DNA of 39,474 bases from assembly GCA_964611235.1 (NCBI GenBank), contig CAZSWH010000001.1:1-39474 (forward strand), given 5' to 3'. Below, piece by piece: positions 24,519 to 34,094 of the stretch. How positions within the stretch are numbered: the stretch's first letter is position 1; every line of letters begins with the position of its first letter. The DNA is from Candidatus Woesearchaeota archaeon (GTDB lineage: Archaea > Nanobdellota > Nanobdellia > Pacearchaeales > GW2011-AR1). The position numbers and the translations under genes were made by a program. Under the pieces are notes generated by a model. It did no database searches. It was given only the letters and a program-made list of their open reading frames with translations, and was not told the DNA's origin.

Positions 24519-24625
24519 TTTATTATTTGTATTACTTACCTCTGCTGAGATTTATAAGCCTGTTGTTTTTGAGTCATGTAACTATGTAAAGAAAAATTTA
24601 AATACTTTTTAAGGCAATTATAAAA

Positions 24626-25222
24626 ATGAAAAAATTTGTTTTAATTATCATATTCTTGATTCTTCTGGTTCTATCTCTAACTTTGTTCTTTTTTAGAGAT
24701 TCATTTTTGGATTTAAAAAATAATTTTCCCGTCGGAAGCAAGTTTGAATCCGGAAAAACAAGTTTTGGTGATGAGGAAAAATCTTCTGATGACAATAATC
24801 AGACCAATGGAGGAAGTGAGATTGAAGAAACAGAATCTTTAGGAGTAGAAGGGATTAGAAATGGAAATGATGGAGAAAGAGAGTCACCATTGAACGAAAG
24901 TCCTGAAAGAGAATTAGAGTGTATTCTTATCCGTCCCGGAAATCTCCCTGATATAATTTGTAGTGTGAACTACATAAGTCCAAATGAAGTTTCAATAAAA
25001 ATAAAAAACGAAATTGGGAAAAAGATTGGGGTAGTAATAAGAATTGAAAAATGTGGTTTAGAGATTTTTAAGATGATAGAAAACAATGAGGAAAAGGATT
25101 TTGTTTTTCCGTGCAACAACAGAGAAAATTTTTTCAACGAGGAAGTTTTAATATCATATATTATTGATAATTCTGAAAAAGTTGATATCGGAGGATTCAT
25201 TCAGGGTTTTGTGTCATATTAA
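24626..25222 (+). CDS. hypothetical secreted/anchored protein
   Basis: 198 aa. Has an N-terminal TM/signal segment MKKFVLIIIFLILLVLSLTLFFF, an acidic linker and a Cys-containing C-terminal domain. Its 3' end overlaps the convergent pilin-like gene by 9 nt. Confidence 0.55.
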   Translation: MKKFVLIIIFLILLVLSLTLFFFRDSFLDLKNNFPVGSKFESGKTSFGDEEKSSDDNNQTNGGSEIEETESLGVEGIRNGNDGERESPLNESPERELECILIRPGNLPDIICSVNYISPNEVSIKIKNEIGKKIGVVIRIEKCGLEIFKMIENNEEKDFVFPCNNRENFFNEEVLISYIIDNSEKVDIGGFIQGFVSY

Positions 25223-26140
25223 ATCTCTTGCTCCGTAAATATCCAGATGAGGTTCGTCCAATCTGAACCATGATGGCATCCCTTCAATGAGATAAGGCTC
25301 CTCCTCACTATTCGAAAAATAAATGTAATCTACGACTGATTTTTCATGTATAATCAATCCTTGAGAACTTAAATCAGGCAGGTAAACCAACGATTCTATC
25401 CCATTGGCATTCGCGCCAGTTTTTCCTTCTAGCCTATCCAGAAAACTCGGAGCGAGAGGGGATGCAATATAATAAGAATTATTTACATGCAATAAAAGAT
25501 TTGAAATATTTTTTTCAGAAACAAAAGGCTCATAAGGAGTCTGTATTATTTTATTCACTATAAGCCCGTTAGTATTGATTATATAAAAAGGGTCTTCAAA
25601 GTTTATTATTTCTATTACGGAAGAAATTCTTTCTGTTTTATTCCAAGACGCGAGGTCACTTTTGTCCTTGACAAAAATTTGGATTTCCATTTCTATATTG
25701 ATGTTCCACGGGTCATCCTGAGTAACGGAAATATTTTTTAGAGAGTAATTCACAATCAAATTCATTTTGTTTCCGAATTCAGATATTCGCGAGTTCAGTT
25801 CTGGCAATTTATAGCCTTCCATTAGATTAAGAGTTTCATTTTTTATTGTTCCATTTAGAATGGTTTCTCTTATTGAGTCCTCAGCGTCTTCGAGAAAAGA
25901 TCCTGTTGAAGTTATGTAATCTTCAAGAGAGAGTATAGCCCTATAACCAGATATATAACCCTGGCGAGAGATGTCTTCTTCCAGAGAGAAAACAAAATTA
26001 TTTAGAGTAGTTATCCTTCTGTTTATTGCGCTTCTGTCTTGAATAATAAAATAAAAACTGAAGCTAATTAAAAAAAATGACAGCAAAGTTATTGCTATGA
26101 TAGTAAAGAAAATTCCTTTTTTGTTTGAAATCATCTCCAT
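25214..26140 (-). CDS. pilin-like protein 5 (class III signal peptide)
   Basis: 308 aa. N-terminus MEMISNKKGIFFTIIAITLLSFFLISF. Its start overlaps the upstream gene by 10 nt. Confidence 0.7.
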   Translation of the reverse strand: MEMISNKKGIFFTIIAITLLSFFLISFSFYFIIQDRSAINRRITTLNNFVFSLEEDISRQGYISGYRAILSLEDYITSTGSFLEDAEDSIRETILNGTIKNETLNLMEGYKLPELNSRISEFGNKMNLIVNYSLKNISVTQDDPWNINIEMEIQIFVKDKSDLASWNKTERISSVIEIINFEDPFYIINTNGLIVNKIIQTPYEPFVSEKNISNLLLHVNNSYYIASPLAPSFLDRLEGKTGANANGIESLVYLPDLSSQGLIIHEKSVVDYIYFSNSEEEPYLIEGMPSWFRLDEPHLDIYGARDLI

Positions 26141-28023
26141 CTTCTTATCTGAACCTCCGTTGACCAGATAAAAGGAACTCCTGATATGTCCATTGCGTCG
26201 ACGTCAAGTTCGTTTTCATCGAGAATCAAATCAATTTTGGTATTGTTATTTGAGTCAAGCTGTTTTATTAATCTTTCAACAGCATCGTCAAGCGCATCTT
26301 TTTCCGGATCCCATGGATCACTTGAGTCCCCAAGATTTAATTGCTTTGTTGAATTGTCCTCAAATTCAAGAAGCCTTGTTCCACCCTGCGCTTTTTCTTT
26401 TGGGTTTCCGTAATTTACATAACTTTTTATGAAATAAATTAGATAGCCATATGAAGCTTCGTTTGAGACCCCGTAGCCCTCTCCGAAATTTAAAGTGAAA
26501 TTATTTTTTCCTTCACTGAAAACTCCTGCTATTTTTTTAGGAGTGTACCCGAATCTGCTGAAGGATTTTATGTAAGTATCTGGCGGGGAGTTATATAATA
26601 CAATCAAGTTCGCGCCAGCCTTTTGGCTTGTCTCGCTTCCTGATGTTGAAAGCCATCCCAACTGCCAGTCTGCTAAAATTGGAACTGCATTGACAGGAAG
26701 AAAAAATTCCCAGACGAGACTTCTATAAAATGTGTTTTGTAAGTTATTTGAAACACTGGCGATAGGAATTTCTTGATTTATATCAATAGTCCCATAAGGA
26801 ATTTTTATTTCCGCAGAATCAATTTCAACATAAGAGTTTCTCCCCAAGACGACATTCTGACCGGTAATGTCTTCCCCTACATCCAGCACAAAGAAGAAAT
26901 ATTCATCATTAAGGTCGTGGTAATTTATTCCTATTAAATTTAGAGAGTTTTTTATTTCTGAATCTGAAAAATGAACAAAATTCTCAGAAGAGTATTTTTT
27001 CCCTATAACAACCCTTTGGTTTCCTTTTTTGAATGAAAGTGTAACATCAACAGAAGAATTTACTGAAACATTAATCGTGGAAATTTCCGCCGGCACGAAT
27101 ATTGACTTTTCGTAATGAAGCACGGATTTTGTCTCAATGACATTAAACGGAAATTTTTTTATGTGCTTAAAAGTTTGCATTTCAGGAATTTTGTAATCAA
27201 CTACTATATGAGACGCCCCATCGTCGCCACCCTGAGTGCTGTAAAAGTAGAGAAAATTTTTTCCAGGGTTCAAATAAGAAGTAATGTTGAAAATTCTGTA
27301 ATAACTGATTGTTCCGTCGTATATTTTATTGTCGTTGACAAATGCCTGTGCGTATTGATTAACCCAAGAGCCCTCAAGAAGCCATGATGAATCGACTATT
27401 TCAGCATCCGGCGGGAGTTCAAAATCATAATAAATTTTATTGGCAAGAACTGAACAGTAATTACCCCAAGAGTAAGTTTTCCAGCCTCCACAAACGAAGT
27501 CTCCTTTCAGAAACAAAGAGTTTTTTTTCTCAGAAATTTTTTTCAGCCACGCTTTTGCGACAAAACCTTTTATATCTTCTCCTTTTTTTATTCCACTTAT
27601 AATCTGCCTTTCAACTCTAACATTTTTTGCAGATTCAAAACTTGTGGAATTCACTGATGCAAGAAGGTCATCGTCGTACCATATTCCTATGTTACCATTT
27701 ATATCTAACTCTTCAATCAGTGACTGCGCAGTCACTTTTGCCAGTTCAATATCTTTTATATAAAGTTCGCCGATTGATTCTATAATAGAATTATTTAAGT
27801 TTGAAATCTTCCCTTCGGCTATCAATCCTTTCACAAAGCCGTTGTCCACTTCACCTATTTTCAGCGATGAGAATATTACAAGAATATCACTTTCTATGAA
27901 ATCTTCGTGCTCGTAGTGGTTAATCAACGGGAAAGCAACAATAATTGTCATAAATATTATAATCAGAGCTATTAAGGCGTCAATGCTGAAGAAAACGCTT
28001 TTTTTTGAGTTCATCATTCCCAA
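26131..28023 (-). CDS. large (630 aa) pilin-like protein, candidate tip/adhesin subunit
   Basis: N-terminus MNSKKSVFFSIDALIALIIIFMTIIVAF, then about 600 aa of beta-rich sequence. Overlaps both neighbours by 10 nt. Confidence 0.7.
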   Translation of the reverse strand: MGMMNSKKSVFFSIDALIALIIIFMTIIVAFPLINHYEHEDFIESDILVIFSSLKIGEVDNGFVKGLIAEGKISNLNNSIIESIGELYIKDIELAKVTAQSLIEELDINGNIGIWYDDDLLASVNSTSFESAKNVRVERQIISGIKKGEDIKGFVAKAWLKKISEKKNSLFLKGDFVCGGWKTYSWGNYCSVLANKIYYDFELPPDAEIVDSSWLLEGSWVNQYAQAFVNDNKIYDGTISYYRIFNITSYLNPGKNFLYFYSTQGGDDGASHIVVDYKIPEMQTFKHIKKFPFNVIETKSVLHYEKSIFVPAEISTINVSVNSSVDVTLSFKKGNQRVVIGKKYSSENFVHFSDSEIKNSLNLIGINYHDLNDEYFFFVLDVGEDITGQNVVLGRNSYVEIDSAEIKIPYGTIDINQEIPIASVSNNLQNTFYRSLVWEFFLPVNAVPILADWQLGWLSTSGSETSQKAGANLIVLYNSPPDTYIKSFSRFGYTPKKIAGVFSEGKNNFTLNFGEGYGVSNEASYGYLIYFIKSYVNYGNPKEKAQGGTRLLEFEDNSTKQLNLGDSSDPWDPEKDALDDAVERLIKQLDSNNNTKIDLILDENELDVDAMDISGVPFIWSTEVQIRRWR

Positions 28024-28508
28024 ACATAGACATAAACTGTCACAATTTTATTTTTGTAAATTGAAGCTCGGGTTATTTTGACTAAATTTTTTGAATTTAT
28101 ATTCCTAAAATCTACATCTGGCTTTCCAAAACCTTCAATTTCTTCAGAGCCGATAATTATCTTTCTATTAACTAAAAAATAATAATCATATCTGGTATTT
28201 AACAATCTCTTAGTCCTCGTATAATTTGTCTGAACCAAATTGTAAAATTCTTCAAGCTTTCTCTGGTCTATCTTGTTTTCAGTTAGTATTCCAATTCTTA
28301 CAACATTTTCGGAGTTCCATTCAGTAGGATAACCTTCTGATAAAATTATATTGGAAACGATTTTCCCTTCGTAAGCAAGAGTTTCGTAGTTTTCTTTCAG
28401 GTTTTTAGAGTAATTTACAGAATAGATGAGAAAGACAATTATACCTATTGAAAATATAATCATTGCTATCATAAGGTCAATACCCCCTGCTTGTGCTTTT
28501 TTATTCAT
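28014..28508 (-). CDS. pilin-like protein 3
   Basis: N-terminus MNKKAQAGGIDLMIAMIIFSIGIIVFLIY, starting from ATG 28508. Overlaps the upstream stop by 8 nt (ATGAATAA). Confidence 0.7.
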   Translation of the reverse strand: MNKKAQAGGIDLMIAMIIFSIGIIVFLIYSVNYSKNLKENYETLAYEGKIVSNIILSEGYPTEWNSENVVRIGILTENKIDQRKLEEFYNLVQTNYTRTKRLLNTRYDYYFLVNRKIIIGSEEIEGFGKPDVDFRNINSKNLVKITRASIYKNKIVTVYVYVWE

Positions 28509-28896
28509 TAAGATAAACGACTCCATTTTGTTTTTTTATTATATTGGCTCCTTTAATCGGCTGGCCTGTCACTGGAGCGACTGGGAGCAATCCCGAATTT
28601 TTTCTATTTTCAGTGATTACATAGACGCTTCCTTCAATTATGTTTATATTGTAATTCAAATTGTCAATTTTGTAGGGAATCTGAAATTCTCTCAAGTAGC
28701 CGTCTCTGGATTTTAAAGCGAGATTTATTTCGTCTTGAACTAAAGTAAGTATATTACTAATTATCATATCTCTTCTTTGAAGGACATTATAGGACATCTC
28801 TTTGTTCAGAACAAAGAGAAATATTATCATAAAAAGTAAAATAAATCCTACTAAAACAGCAAACTCTACACTACTTTGGGCTCTTTTATTTTTCAT
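28501..28896 (-). CDS. pilin-like protein 2
   Basis: 131 aa. N-terminus MKNKRAQSSVEFAVLVGFILLFMIIFLFV. Starts 1 nt after the upstream stop. Confidence 0.7.
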   Translation of the reverse strand: MKNKRAQSSVEFAVLVGFILLFMIIFLFVLNKEMSYNVLQRRDMIISNILTLVQDEINLALKSRDGYLREFQIPYKIDNLNYNINIIEGSVYVITENRKNSGLLPVAPVTGQPIKGANIIKKQNGVVYLNE

Positions 28897-28897
28897 T

Positions 28898-29317
28898 TTA
28901 AACCTGTCTTATAATTATTTTGTCTCCCTGCGCTGAAAGTTCTATATTCTTAATCCCGAAAAAGATGCTTATGGTTCCTTCAAGAGCAACCTTGCTTGAA
29001 AACGCGATTTTTTCCAGCCCAGACGATGTTTGGATAGTCACTAAAAGATTTCTCTCATAAAATTCTATTTCCTTCACTCCTTCGGGCAAATAAAGGGAAA
29101 TTGTCGCCTTGGACGGCTCGCCGTAATAATATACAGATTCCGCAGTTGAAATAATCTTGTTTGCGAAATTGTTAATCTGAATTGCCTTGATTCTGTCTTT
29201 TATGCTCCCACTATAAAAAAAAGCAATACCTAAAGTCCCTATTATAATGAAAGTGATAAATCCAACCAGGATTATATATTCTATACTAATCTGCCCCTTT
29301 TTTTTCATTCTTTCCAT
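28898..29317 (-). CDS. pilin-like protein 1
   Basis: 139 aa. N-terminus MERMKKKGQISIEYIILVGFITFIIIGTL (KKGQ/hydrophobic class III motif). It is the first gene of the minus-strand operon. Confidence 0.75.
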   Translation of the reverse strand: MERMKKKGQISIEYIILVGFITFIIIGTLGIAFFYSGSIKDRIKAIQINNFANKIISTAESVYYYGEPSKATISLYLPEGVKEIEFYERNLLVTIQTSSGLEKIAFSSKVALEGTISIFFGIKNIELSAQGDKIIIRQV

Positions 29318-29391
29318 AATATCTAAAAAAGGGATATATTAATAAAGATTACCCTACAATAGATTTATAAAATTATAGGGGGTATATTAAT
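29318..29391. promoter_or_regulatory. 74-nt divergent promoter region of the pilus locus
   Basis: TATA-like boxes face both ways: minus strand CTTTATTAATATA about 25-35 nt before ATG 29317, and plus strand GATTTATAAAATT about 20-30 nt before ATG 29392. Confidence 0.45.
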
Positions 29392-29949
29392 ATGGCAAAA
29401 GAGGGCAAAAGCTTGTTTTCAAAAGCAGTGATAATTTCAGTGATTATATTTTTTCTTAATCTTGCGTATTTATTTTACAAAAATATGAATCTTGAATATT
29501 TTAGAGGAGGTTTTACGGGAAATTCTATCAAGTCAGCAGTTTCAAGGGTTTTTGATTTGTCTATCTCCTCTAAAATATTTCTTGGTGTTCAGTTTGTTTT
29601 TATAATTATAATATTATCTTACACCTTTTTTTATGGTTATAAAGCAAGAATCCCCGATGAGAAAATAGATTCTTTTGCAACAAAAGTGGGTCCTCATCAG
29701 ACAGACCTTGATGTGCTTTATGAGATTTTAAAAAGAAAAAAAAGGATTAGGGTTTCGGAGATATTAAAATATTTTAAAATAAAAAAAGAAACTGCGATGG
29801 AATGGTGCAAGATACTTGAATCTGGCGAGCTGGCTACAATTGATTATCCTGGTTTTGGGGAGTCGGTAATTCAAATAAAACAGAGCAAAAATGAAAGTAT
29901 GGATAAATCTCTATCGGAAGAAAGTAAGGATAAAATAAATAAGAGGTGA
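29392..29949 (+). CDS. membrane protein with two TM segments and a C-terminal winged-helix-like domain
   Basis: 185 aa. Hydrophobic segments are AVIISVIIFFLNLAYLF and IFLGVQFVFIIIILSYTFFYG. The C-terminus LDVLYEILKRKKRIRVSEILKYFKIKKETAMEWCKILESGELATI looks like a wHTH. Its stop overlaps the start region of the ATPase gene. Confidence 0.6.
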   Translation: MAKEGKSLFSKAVIISVIIFFLNLAYLFYKNMNLEYFRGGFTGNSIKSAVSRVFDLSISSKIFLGVQFVFIIIILSYTFFYGYKARIPDEKIDSFATKVGPHQTDLDVLYEILKRKKRIRVSEILKYFKIKKETAMEWCKILESGELATIDYPGFGESVIQIKQSKNESMDKSLSEESKDKINKR

Positions 29950-29951
29950 GA

Positions 29952-31529
29952 ATGAAAAAAGATAAGAAAAGAGAGGATAAAAAAAAATCTGACAAAATTA
30001 AAGAAGAGCCAAATAAAATAGAAGAGAATATAATTAATAAAAAAGGAGTTTTGGATTCTTATGAGATAGAAGTTGATAAGGCAAAAGTTAATGTAACGAT
30101 TTCTAAGGAAAATTTGAGAGTCATTTACAAGTTGAATGTCCCTGAAGTTTCAATAGCGACGAAAAGTCTTCTTACAGAAGTCAGAAATGAGCTCGTGACA
30201 ACTACTTTAATAGGAATGAAAGAAATCACAGACCCTAATGCGTTCAAAGGAATTAAAAAAAGATTTATGGATTCAGCAAGTTCTCTCTTGAAATCGAAAG
30301 TTCCAACAATAAAAGAGAACATAAAAGAATTTTTGATTGGGAGATTGATGCAGGACATGCTGGGATTGGGGGACATAGAATTTTTGATAAATGATCCTAA
30401 CCTTGAAGAAATAGTTATACCAACATCAAAAGAGCCAATAAGAATTTATCACAGGAAATATGGCTGGCTGATTACAAACTTGACTATCCTTAGAGAGGAA
30501 GAAATAGCAAATTACTCAAATATTATCGCACGAAGAGTTGGGAGACAGATAACTGTTTTGACTCCGCTTCTTGATGCACACCTTATTTCAGGGGATAGAG
30601 TAAATTCGATTCTTTATCCGATAAGCACGAAAGGGAATACGATAACGATAAGAAAATTCTCGAGAGACCCTTACACAATAATTGATTTGATAAATAACAA
30701 AACATGCGACATAGAAACTGCTGTTTTAATGTGGCTCGCGATTGAATATGAAATGAATATTCTAATATCAGGAGGAACAGCGTCAGGTAAAACTTCTTTC
30801 TTAAATGCTTGCATGCCTTTTATTCCGCCGAACCACAGGATAATTAGTGTAGAGGATACAAGAGAATTAATGCTTCCAGATTTCCTTTATTGGACTCCTT
30901 TAGTTAAAAGAACTCCAAATCCTGAAGGAAAAGGAGAAGTGAGTATGCTGGACTTGCTTGTTAATTGTTTAAGAATGAGACCAGATAGAATAATTCTTGG
31001 GGAAATGCGAAGAAAAGAAGAAGCAATGGTTTTGTTTGAAGCGATGCATACAGGACATAGTGTTTATGCTACAGTGCATGCAGATTCCTCGGCAGAAACA
31101 ATATCAAGATTAACAAACCCCCCTCTAGATGTTCCACATAATCTTCTGAAAGCAGTTAATTTGAATGTAGTAATGTTCAGGGACAGAAGAAGAGGAATAA
31201 GAAGAGTCCTACAAATTTCTGAATTTGAATCAGGCAGAGGAGAAACTACTTCAAGAATTATTTACAGATGGATTCCAGAAGAAGACAAAATTGTAAAGCA
31301 CAGCGAGACTTCAAGATTTTTTGAGGACATATCAAGGATTACAGGAATGTCGCAGAAAGAAATAAATGAGGATTTAGAGACGAAGAAAAAAATTCTTCAA
31401 TGGTTGATAAAAAACAGTGTCCGCGATTTGAATAATTTTGGGAAAGTAATAAACTTTTATTATTCTGATAAGGAAAAACTAATGAAGAAAATTTCAGCGA
31501 ATAATATTGAAGAGATTGTTAAAAAATAA
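29952..31529 (+). CDS. type II/IV secretion-family ATPase (archaeal PilB/FlaI-like)
   Basis: Walker A is ISGGTASGKTSFLNA, Walker B region RPDRIILGEMRRKEEA, His box TGHSVYATVHA. AAGAGG lies 5 nt before ATG 29952. Confidence 0.9.
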   Translation: MKKDKKREDKKKSDKIKEEPNKIEENIINKKGVLDSYEIEVDKAKVNVTISKENLRVIYKLNVPEVSIATKSLLTEVRNELVTTTLIGMKEITDPNAFKGIKKRFMDSASSLLKSKVPTIKENIKEFLIGRLMQDMLGLGDIEFLINDPNLEEIVIPTSKEPIRIYHRKYGWLITNLTILREEEIANYSNIIARRVGRQITVLTPLLDAHLISGDRVNSILYPISTKGNTITIRKFSRDPYTIIDLINNKTCDIETAVLMWLAIEYEMNILISGGTASGKTSFLNACMPFIPPNHRIISVEDTRELMLPDFLYWTPLVKRTPNPEGKGEVSMLDLLVNCLRMRPDRIILGEMRRKEEAMVLFEAMHTGHSVYATVHADSSAETISRLTNPPLDVPHNLLKAVNLNVVMFRDRRRGIRRVLQISEFESGRGETTSRIIYRWIPEEDKIVKHSETSRFFEDISRITGMSQKEINEDLETKKKILQWLIKNSVRDLNNFGKVINFYYSDKEKLMKKISANNIEEIVKK

Positions 31530-31530
31530 A

Positions 31531-32412
31531 ATGGAATTTCACATACCTTTCACATTTTCTAGAATTGATAAATTAAAAAACAGGTCCAGATTTTTTTCTT
31601 CAAGAATTAGATATAAGAAAAAGACTAAACTCGGCGAATATCTTGAATCTTCTGAAGCAAATGCAACGAGAGAGGAATATCTTGGAATTTGCATAAGAAG
31701 TTTTTTTGTGGTTTTTGTTTTTTTGTATTTAATTTCGTCTATAATTCTCCTCCTGTTAGAAGTCAATTATTTTTATCTTTTTGGAATAGGGATAGCTTTT
31801 ATATTCGGGATATTTGTTTTTTTCAGCCAGATGATTTATCCGAAAATTTATCTTTCAAGGAAAAACAGAGACATTGAAAAAAATTTAATTCCAGCCCTGC
31901 AGGATATAGTGATACAACTTAATTCAGGGATACCTCTTTTTGACATAATGGCAAATGTTTCCTCTGCAAATTACGGTGTTTTAAGTTTGGAATTCAAGAA
32001 GGCAGTGAGGAAGATAAATGCTGGAGAACCGGAGGTAGAAGTTTTGAATGATTTGGGAAGAAAGAATCCTTCAATTTTTTTCAGGAGAACCTTATGGCAA
32101 ATCAGCAACGGAATGAATTCCGGAAGTGATATATCCACAATTGTAAAGGATAGTATACACTCTCTCAATGAAGAGCAGTTGATTCAAATACAAACTTACG
32201 GAAACAAACTCAATCCGCTGATTGTTTTTTATATGCTAATTTCAATAATTATCCCGTCGCTGTCAGTTTCTTTTCTTACTATAATTTCTTCGCTTTTAAA
32301 TATTCCGAATAATATGATAATTTTAATGTTCATTAGCCTTCTTATTTTTGATGTTTTGATACAGGTAATGTTCATAGGTTTAATTAAATCAAAGAGGCCC
32401 AGTTTGGTGTGA
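31531..32412 (+). CDS. pilus platform protein, single T2SS-F domain (TadB/TadC / half-FlaJ-like), copy 1
   Basis: Has TM helices, then a soluble helical domain (PALQDIVIQLNSGIPLFDIMANV...FFRRTLWQISNGMNSG), then C-terminal TMs. ATG lies 1 nt after the ATPase stop. Confidence 0.75.
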   Translation: MEFHIPFTFSRIDKLKNRSRFFSSRIRYKKKTKLGEYLESSEANATREEYLGICIRSFFVVFVFLYLISSIILLLLEVNYFYLFGIGIAFIFGIFVFFSQMIYPKIYLSRKNRDIEKNLIPALQDIVIQLNSGIPLFDIMANVSSANYGVLSLEFKKAVRKINAGEPEVEVLNDLGRKNPSIFFRRTLWQISNGMNSGSDISTIVKDSIHSLNEEQLIQIQTYGNKLNPLIVFYMLISIIIPSLSVSFLTIISSLLNIPNNMIILMFISLLIFDVLIQVMFIGLIKSKRPSLV

Positions 32413-33314
32413 TGAAAAAAGAAAAGACAAAATACGAAAAAGCAATGCAGAAAAGAGTTGCCATGCTGTCATTTGTATCTGCCTTAGTTGTAAGCCTGCT
32501 GATTTTTCTTAAATACAAAAGCATTCTGGCTTCGCTCTCCGGACTTGTCTTAACGCTTTTAATAATCTTTCTTTATTTTTATTTCAGAAAATCCCTCGAG
32601 AAATCAGCTAGAATAAAAAAGTTGGAAAATGTTTTTCCGGATTTCTTGCAGTTGATGTCGAGTAATCTTAAGGCAGGAATGACTGTAGATAGGGCTATGC
32701 TTTTGAGTTCGCGCCCGGAGTTTTCCCCACTGGACGAAGAAATTTTGAACACTGGAAAGGATATAGCAACGGGAAAAGACATAGAGCAGGCATTTATTAA
32801 TATGTCAAAAAGAATCGGCTCTGAAAAAATTAATAAAGTAATCCTTCTGCTGATTTCAGGGATAAGATCCGGAGGTGATTTGGCTGTTTTGTTGGAAGAA
32901 ACATCAACAAGCATTAGGCAGAGAGAATTTTTGGAAAAGAAAGCATCGTCCAATGTAACGATGTATGTTATTTTTATCTTTGTCGCTGTTTCATTTTCTG
33001 CTCCGGCTCTTTTTTCGCTTTCTACAGTGCTTGTGGAACTTATGACGGCGATATTTTCAGAACTTCCTGTAACTTCAACAGCGAATCTACCGTTTACATT
33101 ATCAAAAATAAATATCTCAACTAATTTTGTGAATTATTTTTCATTAGTGTTCATAATAATTATAGACATTTTGGCGTCGCTAATACTCGGGCTGATAAAT
33201 AAAGGAGAGGAAAAACAAGGGTTGAAATACCTTCCTTTTATACTTATAATAAGTCTGGCAGTATTTTTTCTTGCAAAGAAAGTTATCTCAAGTTTTATGG
33301 GGGGATTATTTTAA
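32412..33314 (+). CDS. pilus platform protein, single T2SS-F domain, copy 2
   Basis: Same architecture as copy 1 (FPDFLQLMSSNLKAGMTVDRAMLL...ISGIRSGGDLAVLLEE). ATG overlaps the upstream TGA by 1 nt. Confidence 0.75.
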   Translation: MKKEKTKYEKAMQKRVAMLSFVSALVVSLLIFLKYKSILASLSGLVLTLLIIFLYFYFRKSLEKSARIKKLENVFPDFLQLMSSNLKAGMTVDRAMLLSSRPEFSPLDEEILNTGKDIATGKDIEQAFINMSKRIGSEKINKVILLLISGIRSGGDLAVLLEETSTSIRQREFLEKKASSNVTMYVIFIFVAVSFSAPALFSLSTVLVELMTAIFSELPVTSTANLPFTLSKINISTNFVNYFSLVFIIIIDILASLILGLINKGEEKQGLKYLPFILIISLAVFFLAKKVISSFMGGLF

Positions 33315-34031
33315 GACAATCCCTTTTTTAATTATAAAAGAATTTACTGATGTGGAATGGGCCGTTCCTCTCATTTTTAAAACTTCAAGATTCCTTTCTC
33401 TTTTTTTTCCTTTTCTGGCAAAATGAAGAAGGATTACAGAGTCAGTTTCAAATTCCACAAATTTGGAAGAATCTTCTTTAAATCCTGAAGATTTCATTTC
33501 ATAAAGCAGGAGAGTTGTGCATTTCCACTTTCTTAAAAGAGTGAACAAGGAAAGGACGGCTTCTCTTTTTTTTAAGTCGTCTTCAAATAAAAGTTCAAAA
33601 GAATTCAGACAGTCTATTACTACTTTTTTTATTTTTCTTCTGAGGATAAGGCTCTCAATAATCCCACCACCTTCTTCAAGCATTGTTTTCATTTTTTCAG
33701 GGGTATATTCTATGAAGAAGAATTTGTCTTCTTTTTCAAGTTTTTCTAAATCCCACCCAAATTCAAGCATGTTTGAGTAAAAACTTTTTTTGTCTTCTTC
33801 AAAACTTATGTAAAGGGAAGGTTCGTCTGAATTTATTCCTTCAATGAGAAACTGGGTTCCGAAGATGCTTTTTCCAGCTCCAACGCCACCTACGATAAGG
33901 TTTGTGGAATTGTCTTCAAAACCACCATCAATCATTTTATCAAACTTCGGAATTCCACTTGAAACTCTTTTAATAATAGATTCAGAAACACTTCTTCTGC
34001 CGAGGCTCTTATTCTCTTTTTTTAATTTCAT
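33306..34031 (-). CDS. KaiC/RecA-superfamily ATPase (ArlH/FlaH-like)
   Basis: GIPKFDKMIDGGFEDNSTNLIVGGVGAGKSIFGTQF (Walker A), KKVVIDCLNSF (Walker B), LEVLKMRGTAHS. Length is 241 aa. Confidence 0.85.
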   Translation of the reverse strand: MKLKKENKSLGRRSVSESIIKRVSSGIPKFDKMIDGGFEDNSTNLIVGGVGAGKSIFGTQFLIEGINSDEPSLYISFEEDKKSFYSNMLEFGWDLEKLEKEDKFFFIEYTPEKMKTMLEEGGGIIESLILRRKIKKVVIDCLNSFELLFEDDLKKREAVLSLFTLLRKWKCTTLLLYEMKSSGFKEDSSKFVEFETDSVILLHFARKGKKRERNLEVLKMRGTAHSTSVNSFIIKKGIVLK

Positions 34032-34094
34032 AAATTCTCTAAATAATAGTTCCTTAAAAACTTAATGGAAAAAATAAATAAAAAAATAAATATT

